Positions 16,019 through 25,284 of a stretch of DNA of 64,000 nt are shown piece after piece (position 1 is the stretch's first letter; each line of letters begins with the position of its first letter). Made by a program: the position numbers and the translations under genes. The notes under the pieces are model-generated. The model ran no database searches. It saw only the letters and a list, made by a program, of their open reading frames with translations, and was not told where the DNA came from. This DNA comes from an uncultured Methanosarcinales archaeon (GTDB taxonomy: Archaea > Nanobdellota > Nanobdellia > Woesearchaeales > CAYPCY01), in the NCBI GenBank assembly GCA_964409385.1, contig CAYPCY010000001.1, forward strand, positions 41,456-105,455. Reading direction: 5' to 3'.

Positions 16019-17726
16019 ATATTTTACTTACGTAAGGTCCGTCATTCTTATAACCTAACTTTCTATAATATTCTTTAACTCCAACTCCTGAAATTACTAG
16101 TAGTTTGTCTTTATTGTTTTTTTTACTTATTCTTTCTGCTTCTTGCATTAGTTTCGTTCCTATTCCCATATGTTGTGTTTTTCCTTCCTTGTTTATTCCA
16201 ACTGCCGTTCCGTAGACATGGAGTTCTCTTACTATTGCTGAATTTTTATTTATTTCAGATCTTAATGATTGACTTACAAATCTTAATCTGCAAAATCCTA
16301 ATAGTTTATCTTTTTCTTCTGCTGCTATGAAATATTCTTTTCCTTTGGATGCTTCATATTCTTGAATTTTTATTTTGAAATTTTCTACTTCATGTCCAAC
16401 TTTTGGTTGTCTACATCTTATACACCTACATTTGACTCCTTTTTTTTCTGCTAATTCTGCCACGTATTGTCTTAAGTTTGTTCTTTCTACTCCTGCAGAG
16501 CTGTATTTTGTTGGTATATCTCTTTGAACTCTCATTATTCTACAATATTCAGGCACTATTCTTTTCATTTCTACTATTCTTTCTGATGCTTCTTCAATAT
16601 TTATTGGATTGAATTTTCCTAGTTTCCATAGCTTGTATAAGGGTGTTCCTGGAAATACTAAGCAAGGATATATTTTTAGCATGTCTGGTTTATAGTTTGG
16701 ATTTGTGAATAATTCTTTCATTCCTGCTATATCTTTTTCCCTATTATCTTCTAAAGTTGGCGATCCTGGCATATAATGATAGTTTAGTTTAAATCCTAGG
16801 TCTTTTAGTGTTCTTACTGATTCTATTGTGTGGTTTATGTCATGTCCCCTGTGTGTTATTCTTAGTATTTCATCATAGACTGTTTGTACTCCTAATTCTA
16901 CCTTTGTTGCTCCTTGTTCTAGCATTAGATTTCCTTGTTTTATTAATGCCCAGTCTGGTTTTGTTTCTATTGTTAAGCCTATGCATCTTATGTTTGAAGT
17001 TTCGTTTTCTAGTTTTACTTTTTCTAAAGTGCATGTTTTTTTTAGTTTGAGTATTTTTTCTTGTATTCTTTTTATTCTTTCTTTATTGTCTTTATTTCCT
17101 GGTAGTTCAAAGAACTCTTTGAATTTATTAAGGTCTAATTCTCCTTTTTTGTAGAATGCTTTTGAGAAGTCGTTCATTGCTTTGTAAATATTTTTTACGA
17201 ATTCTTCTTGGTATTCTTTGGCATAACTTGGAAATGTTCCTCCCATTACTATAACATCTGTTTTTTCAGGGTTTTGGTTTAATACTACGTATTGTTCTAA
17301 TCTGTTGAAAACTTGTAAGTAAGAGTCATATCCTGCTCTTATTCCTCTCATTGTTGCTGGTTCTTTTCCTGTGTATGATTGTGGAACATTTCCGAAGTAA
17401 CTGTCTGGACCTCCTGGACAGTATGTGCATTTTCCATGTGGACATGGTGCTGGTTTTGTCATTACTGCTATTATTGCAACTCCACTGTTTGTTCGTACTG
17501 GTTTTGTTTTTAGAAGTTTGTTGTTTTGTAATTGTTTTGGTGCTTTTAGGAATAATTCTATATTTGTTGGTATTTTTTTCTTTTTGTGTTTTATACATAA
17601 TTTTACTTTTAGATTGTTTAGTTGTGCTTTGTTTAAATTGTTTTTTTCTATTTCTTTGAATAGTTCTTGATAATATTCCATGGTTTTTGGTATTTTATTT
17701 GTTTTATAAAGTTTTACTGTCACCAC
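16008..17726 (-). CDS. elp3: Elp3 homolog (radical-SAM plus GNAT tRNA U34 carboxymethyl-modifying enzyme)
   Basis: Radical-SAM cluster CPHGKCTYCPGGPDS and C-terminal GNAT HVYGTAVGI...MGIGTKLM. 572 aa. Confidence 0.9.
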   Translation of the reverse strand: MVTVKLYKTNKIPKTMEYYQELFKEIEKNNLNKAQLNNLKVKLCIKHKKKKIPTNIELFLKAPKQLQNNKLLKTKPVRTNSGVAIIAVMTKPAPCPHGKCTYCPGGPDSYFGNVPQSYTGKEPATMRGIRAGYDSYLQVFNRLEQYVVLNQNPEKTDVIVMGGTFPSYAKEYQEEFVKNIYKAMNDFSKAFYKKGELDLNKFKEFFELPGNKDNKERIKRIQEKILKLKKTCTLEKVKLENETSNIRCIGLTIETKPDWALIKQGNLMLEQGATKVELGVQTVYDEILRITHRGHDINHTIESVRTLKDLGFKLNYHYMPGSPTLEDNREKDIAGMKELFTNPNYKPDMLKIYPCLVFPGTPLYKLWKLGKFNPINIEEASERIVEMKRIVPEYCRIMRVQRDIPTKYSSAGVERTNLRQYVAELAEKKGVKCRCIRCRQPKVGHEVENFKIKIQEYEASKGKEYFIAAEEKDKLLGFCRLRFVSQSLRSEINKNSAIVRELHVYGTAVGINKEGKTQHMGIGTKLMQEAERISKKNNKDKLLVISGVGVKEYYRKLGYKNDGPYVSKIFNQ

Positions 17727-17744
17727 TTATAAGAAACAACATAA

Positions 17745-17762
17745 CCGTAAGTTTTATAAATA
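17745..17762. promoter_or_regulatory. BRE/TATA element CCGTAAGTTTTATAAAT; a palindromic TATA that could serve both divergent genes (elp3 leaderless on the minus strand, SLT gene on the plus strand)
   Basis: The same motif AAC..CCGTAA..TTTATAAA recurs at 19164-19179. A related TATA (GAACAAGTTTTATAAAT, lacking the CCGTAA block) lies at 42815-42829. The distance to the elp3 ATG is 27 nt. Confidence 0.4.
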
Positions 17763-17794
17763 GTTAGTAGATTTTATTCTTGGAGAGGAATATA

Positions 17795-19153
17795 ATGAGT
17801 ATTAAAAATTTTATTGGAAATTCAGTTGATAAAATTAAAAACTATAGAAGTAGAACTAAGATTAAAATTGATAAACATTTAGAACCTGCTTTATTCTGGT
17901 TAGGAGCCAATGCAGGAATTCTATATGGTGGAGATAAAACTTTAGACTTTGTTTCTCAAAATATTGATTCTAACGAAGGACTTGCTATGCTTGGAACTTA
18001 TTCAGGGATCGGATTAGGTTTGGGATTAGCTAATAAGAAAGTTATTAATCCTCTTGCTAAAAAAATTAAAAAAATTCATAATTCAAGATTTAATTCTTGG
18101 AAGGAAGATAATGGTTGGAGTTGGGTAAAAACAGCTTCAGAATTTGGTGCTTTAGCAATCTTATATTCTACTTTAAATTTTAATTCTAGTATTGATAATT
18201 TTAAGAATGATGCTGATAGGATTGTTAATGCATTTTCTAGAAGCAATAAAACTATTGAGAGAATAATTAATGAACCTAACAGATTATTTAATTTTAGTGA
18301 TATAGATTGTGACATTCCTAGAACTTTAACTAAGGAGATTAAAGAAACTAACAAATGGAGTGATAAAGGAAGATTTTTAAGACAATTTAGATGGGATTGT
18401 ACTGTTTCTGAAATTGAAAAGAAATATAATATTCCAGATGGTTTATTAAGTGGTCTTGGTATGCAAGAGGGAGCGGGAGATCCTTTAAGTTTAAATTCTG
18501 GTAATGATGGTGGAGCAGGAAACTGGATGTTTCAACCAGGAACTGCTAAACAGTATGGTTTGAAGATTCATGGTACTTCTAAAAGGACTGGAAGGGATAG
18601 AAATCATGGCTGGAAGCTCTTAAAATTAGTTGAGAATAAGAATTGGAGTTATTCTACTCTTGCCAATATTGATGAAAGATTTAGTATTCCTAAGAGTGCC
18701 AATGCAGCAGGTCGTTATTTAAAGGATTTGCATAATAGATATGGTGATTGGGATAAAGTAATTTCTGCTTATAATCTTGGAAGACCTTGGAAGAATCCTG
18801 AAAGAACCACTCATGTTAAATGCACTAGAAAATATCAAAAGCAGTATCTTGAGAATAAGCTTGAAATGGGAAAACTAATTGATATTGATGTTTTAGAAAG
18901 TCTTAATGATCTAGGAGTTAATTTTGATTATATCCGAAAGAATTCTCAGGGAAAAGATGTCTTTAAATGGCATGTTGGCGCTGGAGAGAATCCTCAATCT
19001 ATTGCTAAACAGTTTAATGAGTGGGATATGAAAAAAGGGGATAAGTATAAAGAGCTTGATTCTACTTCGATTAAAAAGGCAGATGGTAGTTCTGTAGGTA
19101 ATTTAATATTTTCTAATAAACCTGTTTATGTTACTGCAAATGTTAAAGGTTAA
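17795..19153 (+). CDS. Lytic transglycosylase (SLT)-like domain protein (the track ORF starts at TTG 17780)
   Basis: LLSGLGMQEGAGDPLSLNSGNDGGAGNWMFQPGTAKQYGL resembles the SLT core QES.F.P.A.S..GA.GLMQ.MP.TA..YG. An N-terminal hydrophobic segment is present. Confidence 0.5.
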   Translation: MSIKNFIGNSVDKIKNYRSRTKIKIDKHLEPALFWLGANAGILYGGDKTLDFVSQNIDSNEGLAMLGTYSGIGLGLGLANKKVINPLAKKIKKIHNSRFNSWKEDNGWSWVKTASEFGALAILYSTLNFNSSIDNFKNDADRIVNAFSRSNKTIERIINEPNRLFNFSDIDCDIPRTLTKEIKETNKWSDKGRFLRQFRWDCTVSEIEKKYNIPDGLLSGLGMQEGAGDPLSLNSGNDGGAGNWMFQPGTAKQYGLKIHGTSKRTGRDRNHGWKLLKLVENKNWSYSTLANIDERFSIPKSANAAGRYLKDLHNRYGDWDKVISAYNLGRPWKNPERTTHVKCTRKYQKQYLENKLEMGKLIDIDVLESLNDLGVNFDYIRKNSQGKDVFKWHVGAGENPQSIAKQFNEWDMKKGDKYKELDSTSIKKADGSSVGNLIFSNKPVYVTANVKG

Positions 19154-19163
19154 GCATGAACAA

Positions 19164-19179
19164 CCGTAACATTTATAAA
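19164..19179 (+). promoter_or_regulatory. BRE/TATA (CCGTAACATTTATAAA), with SD-like AAGAGGT at 19214-19220 before ATG 19223
   Basis: Matches the 17745 motif. Spacing is consistent with a TSS near 19200. Confidence 0.35.
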
Positions 19180-19222
19180 CAAGTAGTATAATTATACTAC
19201 TATAAAGTAATAAAAGAGGTAA

Positions 19223-19843
19223 ATGATTAAAATGACTGAAATACCAGAACCAACATTGGAAGAAAGAGCTGAGAACGCTTTTACTAGGAGAGAAGAAGTT
19301 TTTAATAGATTAGACTCTTTAAAAACCGATAATTATAACTTAAACTTTGCATTAACTGAAGGCTTCGTTATGTGGGCTAATGATAATGAAATGAAAGGTA
19401 CTGATTGGACAGCAACTCCTGAACAAGTAGATGCTCTAATCGACATTAATAAGAATGTAATTAGACAATATTGTGTTGATTCTGGAGATGTTATGGATCC
19501 TGAAGCAATAAATGAAAACATTTGGGATTCAATAAGACAATTTGACTTTGGATTCTCAGAAGATGCAGTTAGAGAAGATCTTTTAGAATCTGACAATCTA
19601 GACTTCATAAATGTTTATTCGCAAGTATTCCAAAGACAAAGTCAAAGGAATAAGATGCTTAAAGAAACTAGAGCTACTGATAGTATTACTGCAACTAATC
19701 TTGATGAAGCAAAAGAAGATTTCAAGACTTTAGCAGAAAATAACGGTTTCGAATATAGACAAGAACCTAGAACTCTTGAAGAGACTAGGAGAGGCTATAT
19801 AAGACTTGCAGATAAGCTTTACGACACTAATCAACCATTATAA
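19223..19843 (+). CDS. Hypothetical acidic protein
   Basis: ORF only. 206 aa, D/E-rich. Confidence 0.3.
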   Translation: MIKMTEIPEPTLEERAENAFTRREEVFNRLDSLKTDNYNLNFALTEGFVMWANDNEMKGTDWTATPEQVDALIDINKNVIRQYCVDSGDVMDPEAINENIWDSIRQFDFGFSEDAVREDLLESDNLDFINVYSQVFQRQSQRNKMLKETRATDSITATNLDEAKEDFKTLAENNGFEYRQEPRTLEETRRGYIRLADKLYDTNQPL

Positions 19844-19911
19844 GGTTGATTTCTTTTTTGTTATTTCTTTTATTTTTAAGAAATCACACTAGAAATCTTT
19901 GATTTCTTTTT

Positions 19912-21135
19912 TTAATAATTTATTATTCCATAACCAATAAGTCTAAATCTAGTTCCTATTCTTCTTGAGATTGTTACTCTATCTCCTTTACTAGCACATA
20001 TTGGTTTTTTTAATGAACAATTTATTTTATCTTTAGAAATTTCTTTAATTATTCCAACTGTTGCTGCTGAATTCACAGTAAGCATTAATATTTCATTAGT
20101 TTTCAAAGGATCTACTTTTAACTCTTCTTTCGAACCAACAACCCTATCAAGAAGTTTAATATCCAAATTTAATTCGTATAGAACATCAGGCAATTTACCC
20201 TTATGACCTACTAATGAACCAGCTAATGCATCACTTTTAACAACTCCCGGATCTAATTCAGTTAGTAAAGCAACACTCCCTCCAGGAGTTAAAATTTTTA
20301 CTTTTTCAGTTCCTGTCATTAATGAAATTACTTTTGTAATTATTGGTTTTGCAACTATCTTATTTTGTTCTTCAACAGTTCTTCCAGGTTTTATTTCTAT
20401 TGTATCACCTTCGTTTATAGATCCTTGTAGTACTGCACCTCCTAAAACTCCTCCTATTAAATTCTTAATTTTAGTTCCTGGCTTGTTCACATCAAAACTT
20501 CTTGCAATAATTATTTGAAGATCTGCTTTTCCGTTTCTTTTTGGTGTTTGAATTTCTTTCTCTATAGTTTCAATCAATAAATCTACATTCACACCATGTT
20601 GTGCAGATATAGGTATTATTGGAGAGTTTTCATAACTTGTTCCTTTCAAGAATTTTTTAATTTGTTCATAATTTTTAATAATTTTATCTTCAGAAATTAA
20701 ATCTATCTTATTTTGAACTATAACAACATTCTTTATTCCTGATATTTCTAGAGCCATTAAATGCTCTGCAGTTTGTGGTTGTGGACATTGTTCATTTGCA
20801 GCCACCATTAATAATGCACCATCCATTAGTTTTGCTCCTGAAAGCATGGTCGCCATTAAACTTTCATGACCAGGTGCATCAACAAATGAAACTTTTCTTA
20901 ATAATTTAGTTTCTTTACCTTCAACCTTTTTTTTAACAGTATATTTCTCAGTTCCTTTCTTTCCTGAAATTTCACGAAATTCAGCATTTGCATAACCTAA
21001 TCTTATAGTTATACCTCTTTTCATTTCCTCACTGTGAGTATCAGTCCACTTTCCAGTAAGTCTTTCAGTTAAGGTGGTTTTACCGTGATCTACATGACCT
21101 ACAAGCCCAATTGTAATTTCTGGTTGTAAAGACAT
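19912..21135 (-). CDS. eif2g: Translation initiation factor aIF2 gamma subunit
   Basis: VGHVDHGKTTL, GKWTDTHSEEMKRGITI, DAPGH and NKID motifs, and domain order like aIF2-gamma. The usual zinc-knuckle cysteines in domain I are absent. Confidence 0.9.
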   Translation of the reverse strand: MSLQPEITIGLVGHVDHGKTTLTERLTGKWTDTHSEEMKRGITIRLGYANAEFREISGKKGTEKYTVKKKVEGKETKLLRKVSFVDAPGHESLMATMLSGAKLMDGALLMVAANEQCPQPQTAEHLMALEISGIKNVVIVQNKIDLISEDKIIKNYEQIKKFLKGTSYENSPIIPISAQHGVNVDLLIETIEKEIQTPKRNGKADLQIIIARSFDVNKPGTKIKNLIGGVLGGAVLQGSINEGDTIEIKPGRTVEEQNKIVAKPIITKVISLMTGTEKVKILTPGGSVALLTELDPGVVKSDALAGSLVGHKGKLPDVLYELNLDIKLLDRVVGSKEELKVDPLKTNEILMLTVNSAATVGIIKEISKDKINCSLKKPICASKGDRVTISRRIGTRFRLIGYGIINY

Positions 21136-21137
21136 AA

Positions 21138-21635
21138 TTAGTTAGAATTCTCCTCTTTAGTTTCTTCTTTTGAGGTTTCTTCTTTAGCTTTTTCAGTTGT
21201 TTTTTTCACTTCCTCAACAGGCTTTGCTTCAACTTCTTCAGATTTAGCCTCATCAGTAGTTTTTGTTTTTTCAGCAAAAAAATCTTCTTTTCCTGATTTT
21301 ATAATTTTAACATTTAATTGTGCTGTATTTCTTGATATTGTATTTCCAGAAACTGTTTTTCTTACTCTCATACCATTTTTTCTTTTATTATTAAAACCGA
21401 TTCCTTCAGTAATTAGAATTTTATTTCGTGATTGTCCATCTACATCAGTTCTCATTGGAAATCCTGCATTATCTGAACCACCAGTAATTTCAAACTCATA
21501 ACCTGAAAAGTCTATAATCTCTCCTTTAAAAGAATCTCCTATTCGTTTTCCCATTAAGTTTTTAGAATTATCCTCTGATAATACTTTTTGTATTGTCTTT
21601 CCTGATTTTTCAGACATATTTAGCTTTAATTCCAT
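21138..21635 (-). CDS. rps6e: Ribosomal protein S6e with a Lys/Glu-rich C-terminal extension
   Basis: GKRIGD..KGE..D.SGYEFEITGGSDNAGFPM matches the S6e core. It lies 2 nt from the aIF2-gamma gene. Confidence 0.85.
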   Translation of the reverse strand: MELKLNMSEKSGKTIQKVLSEDNSKNLMGKRIGDSFKGEIIDFSGYEFEITGGSDNAGFPMRTDVDGQSRNKILITEGIGFNNKRKNGMRVRKTVSGNTISRNTAQLNVKIIKSGKEDFFAEKTKTTDEAKSEEVEAKPVEEVKKTTEKAKEETSKEETKEENSN

Positions 21636-21713
21636 AAAATTTTGAATTTGATATTGATTTATAAATCTTTGGTTGAGAATACTTTATATATCTTAACTTT
21701 TCTCTCTAATATC

Positions 21714-22613
21714 ATGAATTATCAAAAGATACCTGCAGTAGAGAATTTTCAGTTTTATATAGATTTAGGATTCAAAAAAACTAAGAAACATAAGACTCAA
21801 GTTAAAAGAATTAGTGCTTTTTCTGATGGTATTTCTTCTAGATTTTCAAAAATAATAGATTTATTTCCTAGTTTTGATCAATTTTCTGATTTTGAAAAAG
21901 AACTAGCAAGACAATTATTCAGTATTTCTGAAACAAGAAAGGCTTTAGGAAAGTTAGACTCTGCAAGGAGGAAATTGAGTTTATTATCGAAATTTTACTC
22001 TTCTAAAATAAATAATCATTTAAAGAAAACAAGGCCTAAAACTTCTTTTACTGATAAACAAGCTAATAATTTTTTAAAAGAATTTTATGGTCGTGCAGCA
22101 TCTGTAGTTAAACAATTGAAAAAAGAACTTATATTTCTTGAGAATATTAGAAAAGAATTAAGGGATTTTCCTTTCGTTCGAGATGTATTTACTGTTTGTA
22201 TTGCAGGATTTCCTAATGTTGGAAAATCTACATTATTAAAGAAAATATCTACTTCAAAACCAGAAATTCAAGATTATGGTTTTACTACTAAACGATTGAA
22301 TATTGGTTATCTTGATGAGAAAAAACAAGTTCAATTAATAGATACTCCTGGTACTTTGAATAGGGGGAAAATGAATAAAATAGAAAAACAGGCTGATCTT
22401 GCCTTAACACACCTTGCCAATCTTATTGTTTATGTTGTTGATCCTACAGAACCTTATCCTTTAAAGAAACAAAAACAACTCCTTCTCACTCTAAAAAAAT
22501 TCAATAAGAAAATAATTGTTTATCAGAGCAAAGCAGATATTATTGGTGACAAAAAATTATTCAATGCAGTTACTGATCCTGCAGTTTTGAAAGAAATGAT
22601 TATGCCTCAATGA
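21714..22613 (+). CDS. Nog1-family GTPase (archaeal NOG1 N-terminal domain plus G domain)
   Basis: G1 GFPNVGKST, FTT, G3 DTPG and a SKAD G4-like motif. The N-terminal ~150 aa resemble the NOG1 N domain. ATG 21714 is preferred over the track start 21642 because the region is intergenic and divergent. Confidence 0.65.
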   Translation: MNYQKIPAVENFQFYIDLGFKKTKKHKTQVKRISAFSDGISSRFSKIIDLFPSFDQFSDFEKELARQLFSISETRKALGKLDSARRKLSLLSKFYSSKINNHLKKTRPKTSFTDKQANNFLKEFYGRAASVVKQLKKELIFLENIRKELRDFPFVRDVFTVCIAGFPNVGKSTLLKKISTSKPEIQDYGFTTKRLNIGYLDEKKQVQLIDTPGTLNRGKMNKIEKQADLALTHLANLIVYVVDPTEPYPLKKQKQLLLTLKKFNKKIIVYQSKADIIGDKKLFNAVTDPAVLKEMIMPQ

Positions 22614-23112
22614 CACTGGATTTACAAGGAAGTTTATAAGCTGCTCTTTTCAGCGCATTTCTGCCAACTTCTTCATTATTTACCTTGACTTCCATTAATA
22701 TTTGTCCTTTTTTTACTCTTGCTGCTAATCCTATAGGTTTTCCGAAAGAAAACTTCATTCCAGTACTTAACCTGTCAGCTCCAGCTCCTGAAGCTATAGG
22801 ATTTTCTCTAAGGACATGATGTGGATAAATTCTTATATTAAAAAAGAACATTAATCTTCCTAATTGGTCTTCTAAGTATCTGTTTGTTGTTTGTCTTGCT
22901 GATTCTAAAGCATTATGTCTTATTTGTACTGCTTCTTTCGAAACTAGTTGAAAAGAATATTTATATTTAGAATTTACTTTTCCATGAGAGTATTTAACTA
23001 CTTTATTATTTGGTGTTGCCCTAATAAAGTTTAGTTTCCTATATTTGCTCTTTCTAGTATAAGGTCTCGCATCAAGTCTTCTGTATGCTGTTCCTTTTCT
23101 TAGCTTGGCCAT
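22600..23112 (-). CDS. rpl10e: Ribosomal protein L10e (uL16)
   Basis: MAKLRKGTAYRRLDARPYTRKSKY... matches the conserved L10e N-terminus and length. Confidence 0.85.
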   Translation of the reverse strand: MAKLRKGTAYRRLDARPYTRKSKYRKLNFIRATPNNKVVKYSHGKVNSKYKYSFQLVSKEAVQIRHNALESARQTTNRYLEDQLGRLMFFFNIRIYPHHVLRENPIASGAGADRLSTGMKFSFGKPIGLAARVKKGQILMEVKVNNEEVGRNALKRAAYKLPCKSSVIEA

Positions 23113-23148
23113 GAACTTGCAAAATTATGACATATTTAAAAACTTTTT

Positions 23149-23598
23149 CTATTTTATTGCTTCAAAATCTGTCAAAAATTCTTCTTTTTTTAATTCTTCA
23201 AGAACAAAATATTCTTCTTTTGCTGTTATTTGGTATTGGAGCATTGAATCACTAAATTCTTGAAATTCTTTCATATTCTTAAATATACATTCAACTAAAA
23301 AATCATATTGATTATTTACTTTAAATATGCTATTTGTTGAATAACTAGTTAGTAGAAAGTTCAGGAGTTTTTCTTTTTCTCCATTTTCTATCGCTAATAA
23401 GAAATTAACTCTTAAATCATAGCCTAACCCCCTAAAATTTAGTAATGCTGTGTGTTTTGTTATTATATTTCCTTCATATTGTTTTAACCTGTCAAATATT
23501 GTGCTTACTGGAATTCCTGTTTTTCTACTTATTTTTGTTAATGGTTGTCTTGCATTCTTTCTAAATTGTGTTATTAACCTAATTTCTTTTTCATTCAT
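23149..23598 (-). CDS. Lrp/AsnC-family transcriptional regulator
   Basis: N-terminal HTH (ISRKTGIPVSTIFDRLK) plus a C-terminal RAM-like domain. 149 aa. Confidence 0.75.
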   Translation of the reverse strand: MNEKEIRLITQFRKNARQPLTKISRKTGIPVSTIFDRLKQYEGNIITKHTALLNFRGLGYDLRVNFLLAIENGEKEKLLNFLLTSYSTNSIFKVNNQYDFLVECIFKNMKEFQEFSDSMLQYQITAKEEYFVLEELKKEEFLTDFEAIK

Positions 23599-23687
23599 TT
23601 TAACCCTCCTTGGAAGTTTTCCAAAGGTTTAGAATTATTTTTGTTTTAGAATGATATAAACATTGTTTTAGAATTAGAACTGTTTGT

Positions 23688-23704
23688 TTCAGAAAATTTC
23701 TGAA
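23688..23704. promoter_or_regulatory. Perfect palindrome TTCAGAAA-A-TTTCTGAA between the Lrp regulator gene and the divergent 23778 operon; candidate operator
   Basis: 8-bp inverted arms with a 1-nt spacer. Flanked by a direct repeat GTTTTAGAAT x2. Confidence 0.3.
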
Positions 23705-23777
23705 CCTGAACTTTTCAGTTAATTTTTTAAATTAATTCCTGAAACATTTTTAAACCTAATTCTCCTTTAGTAACATT

Positions 23778-25283
23778 ATGCACGGTATTGAAGAAGGGAT
23801 TCTTCAATTATTCAAGGAAAATCCTGAAAGAGAATTCAAAACTACTGAGATTGTTGAGAAAGTTTGCTCTCAAAATTTTTCTCAAGATAAACTCTTAAAG
23901 GCGCAACTTCACAGAAAAGCATTATATTATTTGAATAAACTTGTAGATTCAGAAATATTAAAAGTTTCTAAAGTGATTGGGAAAGGAGAAAAATGTTTTT
24001 CATTAACAATTCAACATGGAGAAATACTTCTTAAAGGGAAAAAAACAATAATAATTTCTAATACTGGAGCTCCTTCAACCCCAATTGAAGGTTTTGAAGA
24101 AAGTAAATTAATCTTAAAATATGAAATTCCAACTTGGATTACAAAATTAAATTCTGTATTAATAAACGCTTCAGGACTGAAAATAAAAACATTTTTTACA
24201 TTATTAAAAGAGTCTGTAATTTCAGTTAATGATTCTGTAGGTATAATTAATCTAGAGAATTTAATGATTGAACACTCTAAAGATTTACTTGACAAACTTA
24301 TTGAATTATCTTTGGATTATTCCAAAAAAATTAGTGTTTCAATCAATATTTCAAAACTTCATAAGATTAAAGAATTTTTGAAATTATACGTTAATTCATA
24401 CAATAATAATTTATTACTTGTTTTTGAAGGTTCTCCTTCAGAATTACATTCTCAATCAAGAGTCTTTCTTGAAATTATTGATTTGTTCAAGGAAAAAAAG
24501 ATAAAGTTAAACATTAAAAATTCTGATATTTCCAAAGCTCCATATATTATTGGAAAGATAGGCTCATATACTTTCAATGATAAAGATTGGAATGTTTTTT
24601 TAGAGAAAGATTCTGAATTACCACTAATTTCACTGTCTCAATCTTCAATAATTGTGGATGTAAACAAATTTTTCAAAGAAAAAAACGTTTCTGATTTTAG
24701 AGAATCTCTTCTTAAAATTGCTAATTCTTTACTTTTAGGAAATATTATTCAAAGAAAAAGATCTGACGAGTTTTTTCAACAATTTGATTCTTTCAATAAG
24801 AATAAAAAAAACAGATTATTTTCTTATTCTTCAAATTATATTAGATTCTGGAATTATGATTGGGAGAAGAATTATGATTTTGTTACTTTACTTAATAGTT
24901 GTATTCCTCAAGTTAAAGAATTCTGTTCTAATGAAGAAACAATTTACAAGTCTTGTGGAATGCCAATAAGATTCAGAATTTCATTTTCTTCAGTAAGTAA
25001 AAGGTTTGATGATAATTTAAGCCATAGAGATTACTCAAAGGTTGAAATTAAAAGTATTAAGGATATTGAATCTGTAAAAATTAAAAAATTTCTTAGGACT
25101 AGAGAAGAATTATTAGATTATTTTGATGGTGGTGACAGGGTTAGATTTTTTAGAACTGGAGATTTTGAAAATAAGGATGTTCTTCAAGAAATTATCTTAA
25201 TAATGAATTCTTACAGACTTCCTTATTTTTGTTTTGATTTTACTAGAATGAGAGGTAATACTAAATTAACACATTATTTTTAG
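23778..25283 (+). CDS. Hypothetical protein (501 aa), co-transcribed with the thyA-fold paralog
   Basis: ORF only. Its stop is 1 nt before the next start. Confidence 0.3.
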   Translation: MHGIEEGILQLFKENPEREFKTTEIVEKVCSQNFSQDKLLKAQLHRKALYYLNKLVDSEILKVSKVIGKGEKCFSLTIQHGEILLKGKKTIIISNTGAPSTPIEGFEESKLILKYEIPTWITKLNSVLINASGLKIKTFFTLLKESVISVNDSVGIINLENLMIEHSKDLLDKLIELSLDYSKKISVSINISKLHKIKEFLKLYVNSYNNNLLLVFEGSPSELHSQSRVFLEIIDLFKEKKIKLNIKNSDISKAPYIIGKIGSYTFNDKDWNVFLEKDSELPLISLSQSSIIVDVNKFFKEKNVSDFRESLLKIANSLLLGNIIQRKRSDEFFQQFDSFNKNKKNRLFSYSSNYIRFWNYDWEKNYDFVTLLNSCIPQVKEFCSNEETIYKSCGMPIRFRISFSSVSKRFDDNLSHRDYSKVEIKSIKDIESVKIKKFLRTREELLDYFDGGDRVRFFRTGDFENKDVLQEIILIMNSYRLPYFCFDFTRMRGNTKLTHYF

Positions 25284-25284
25284 A

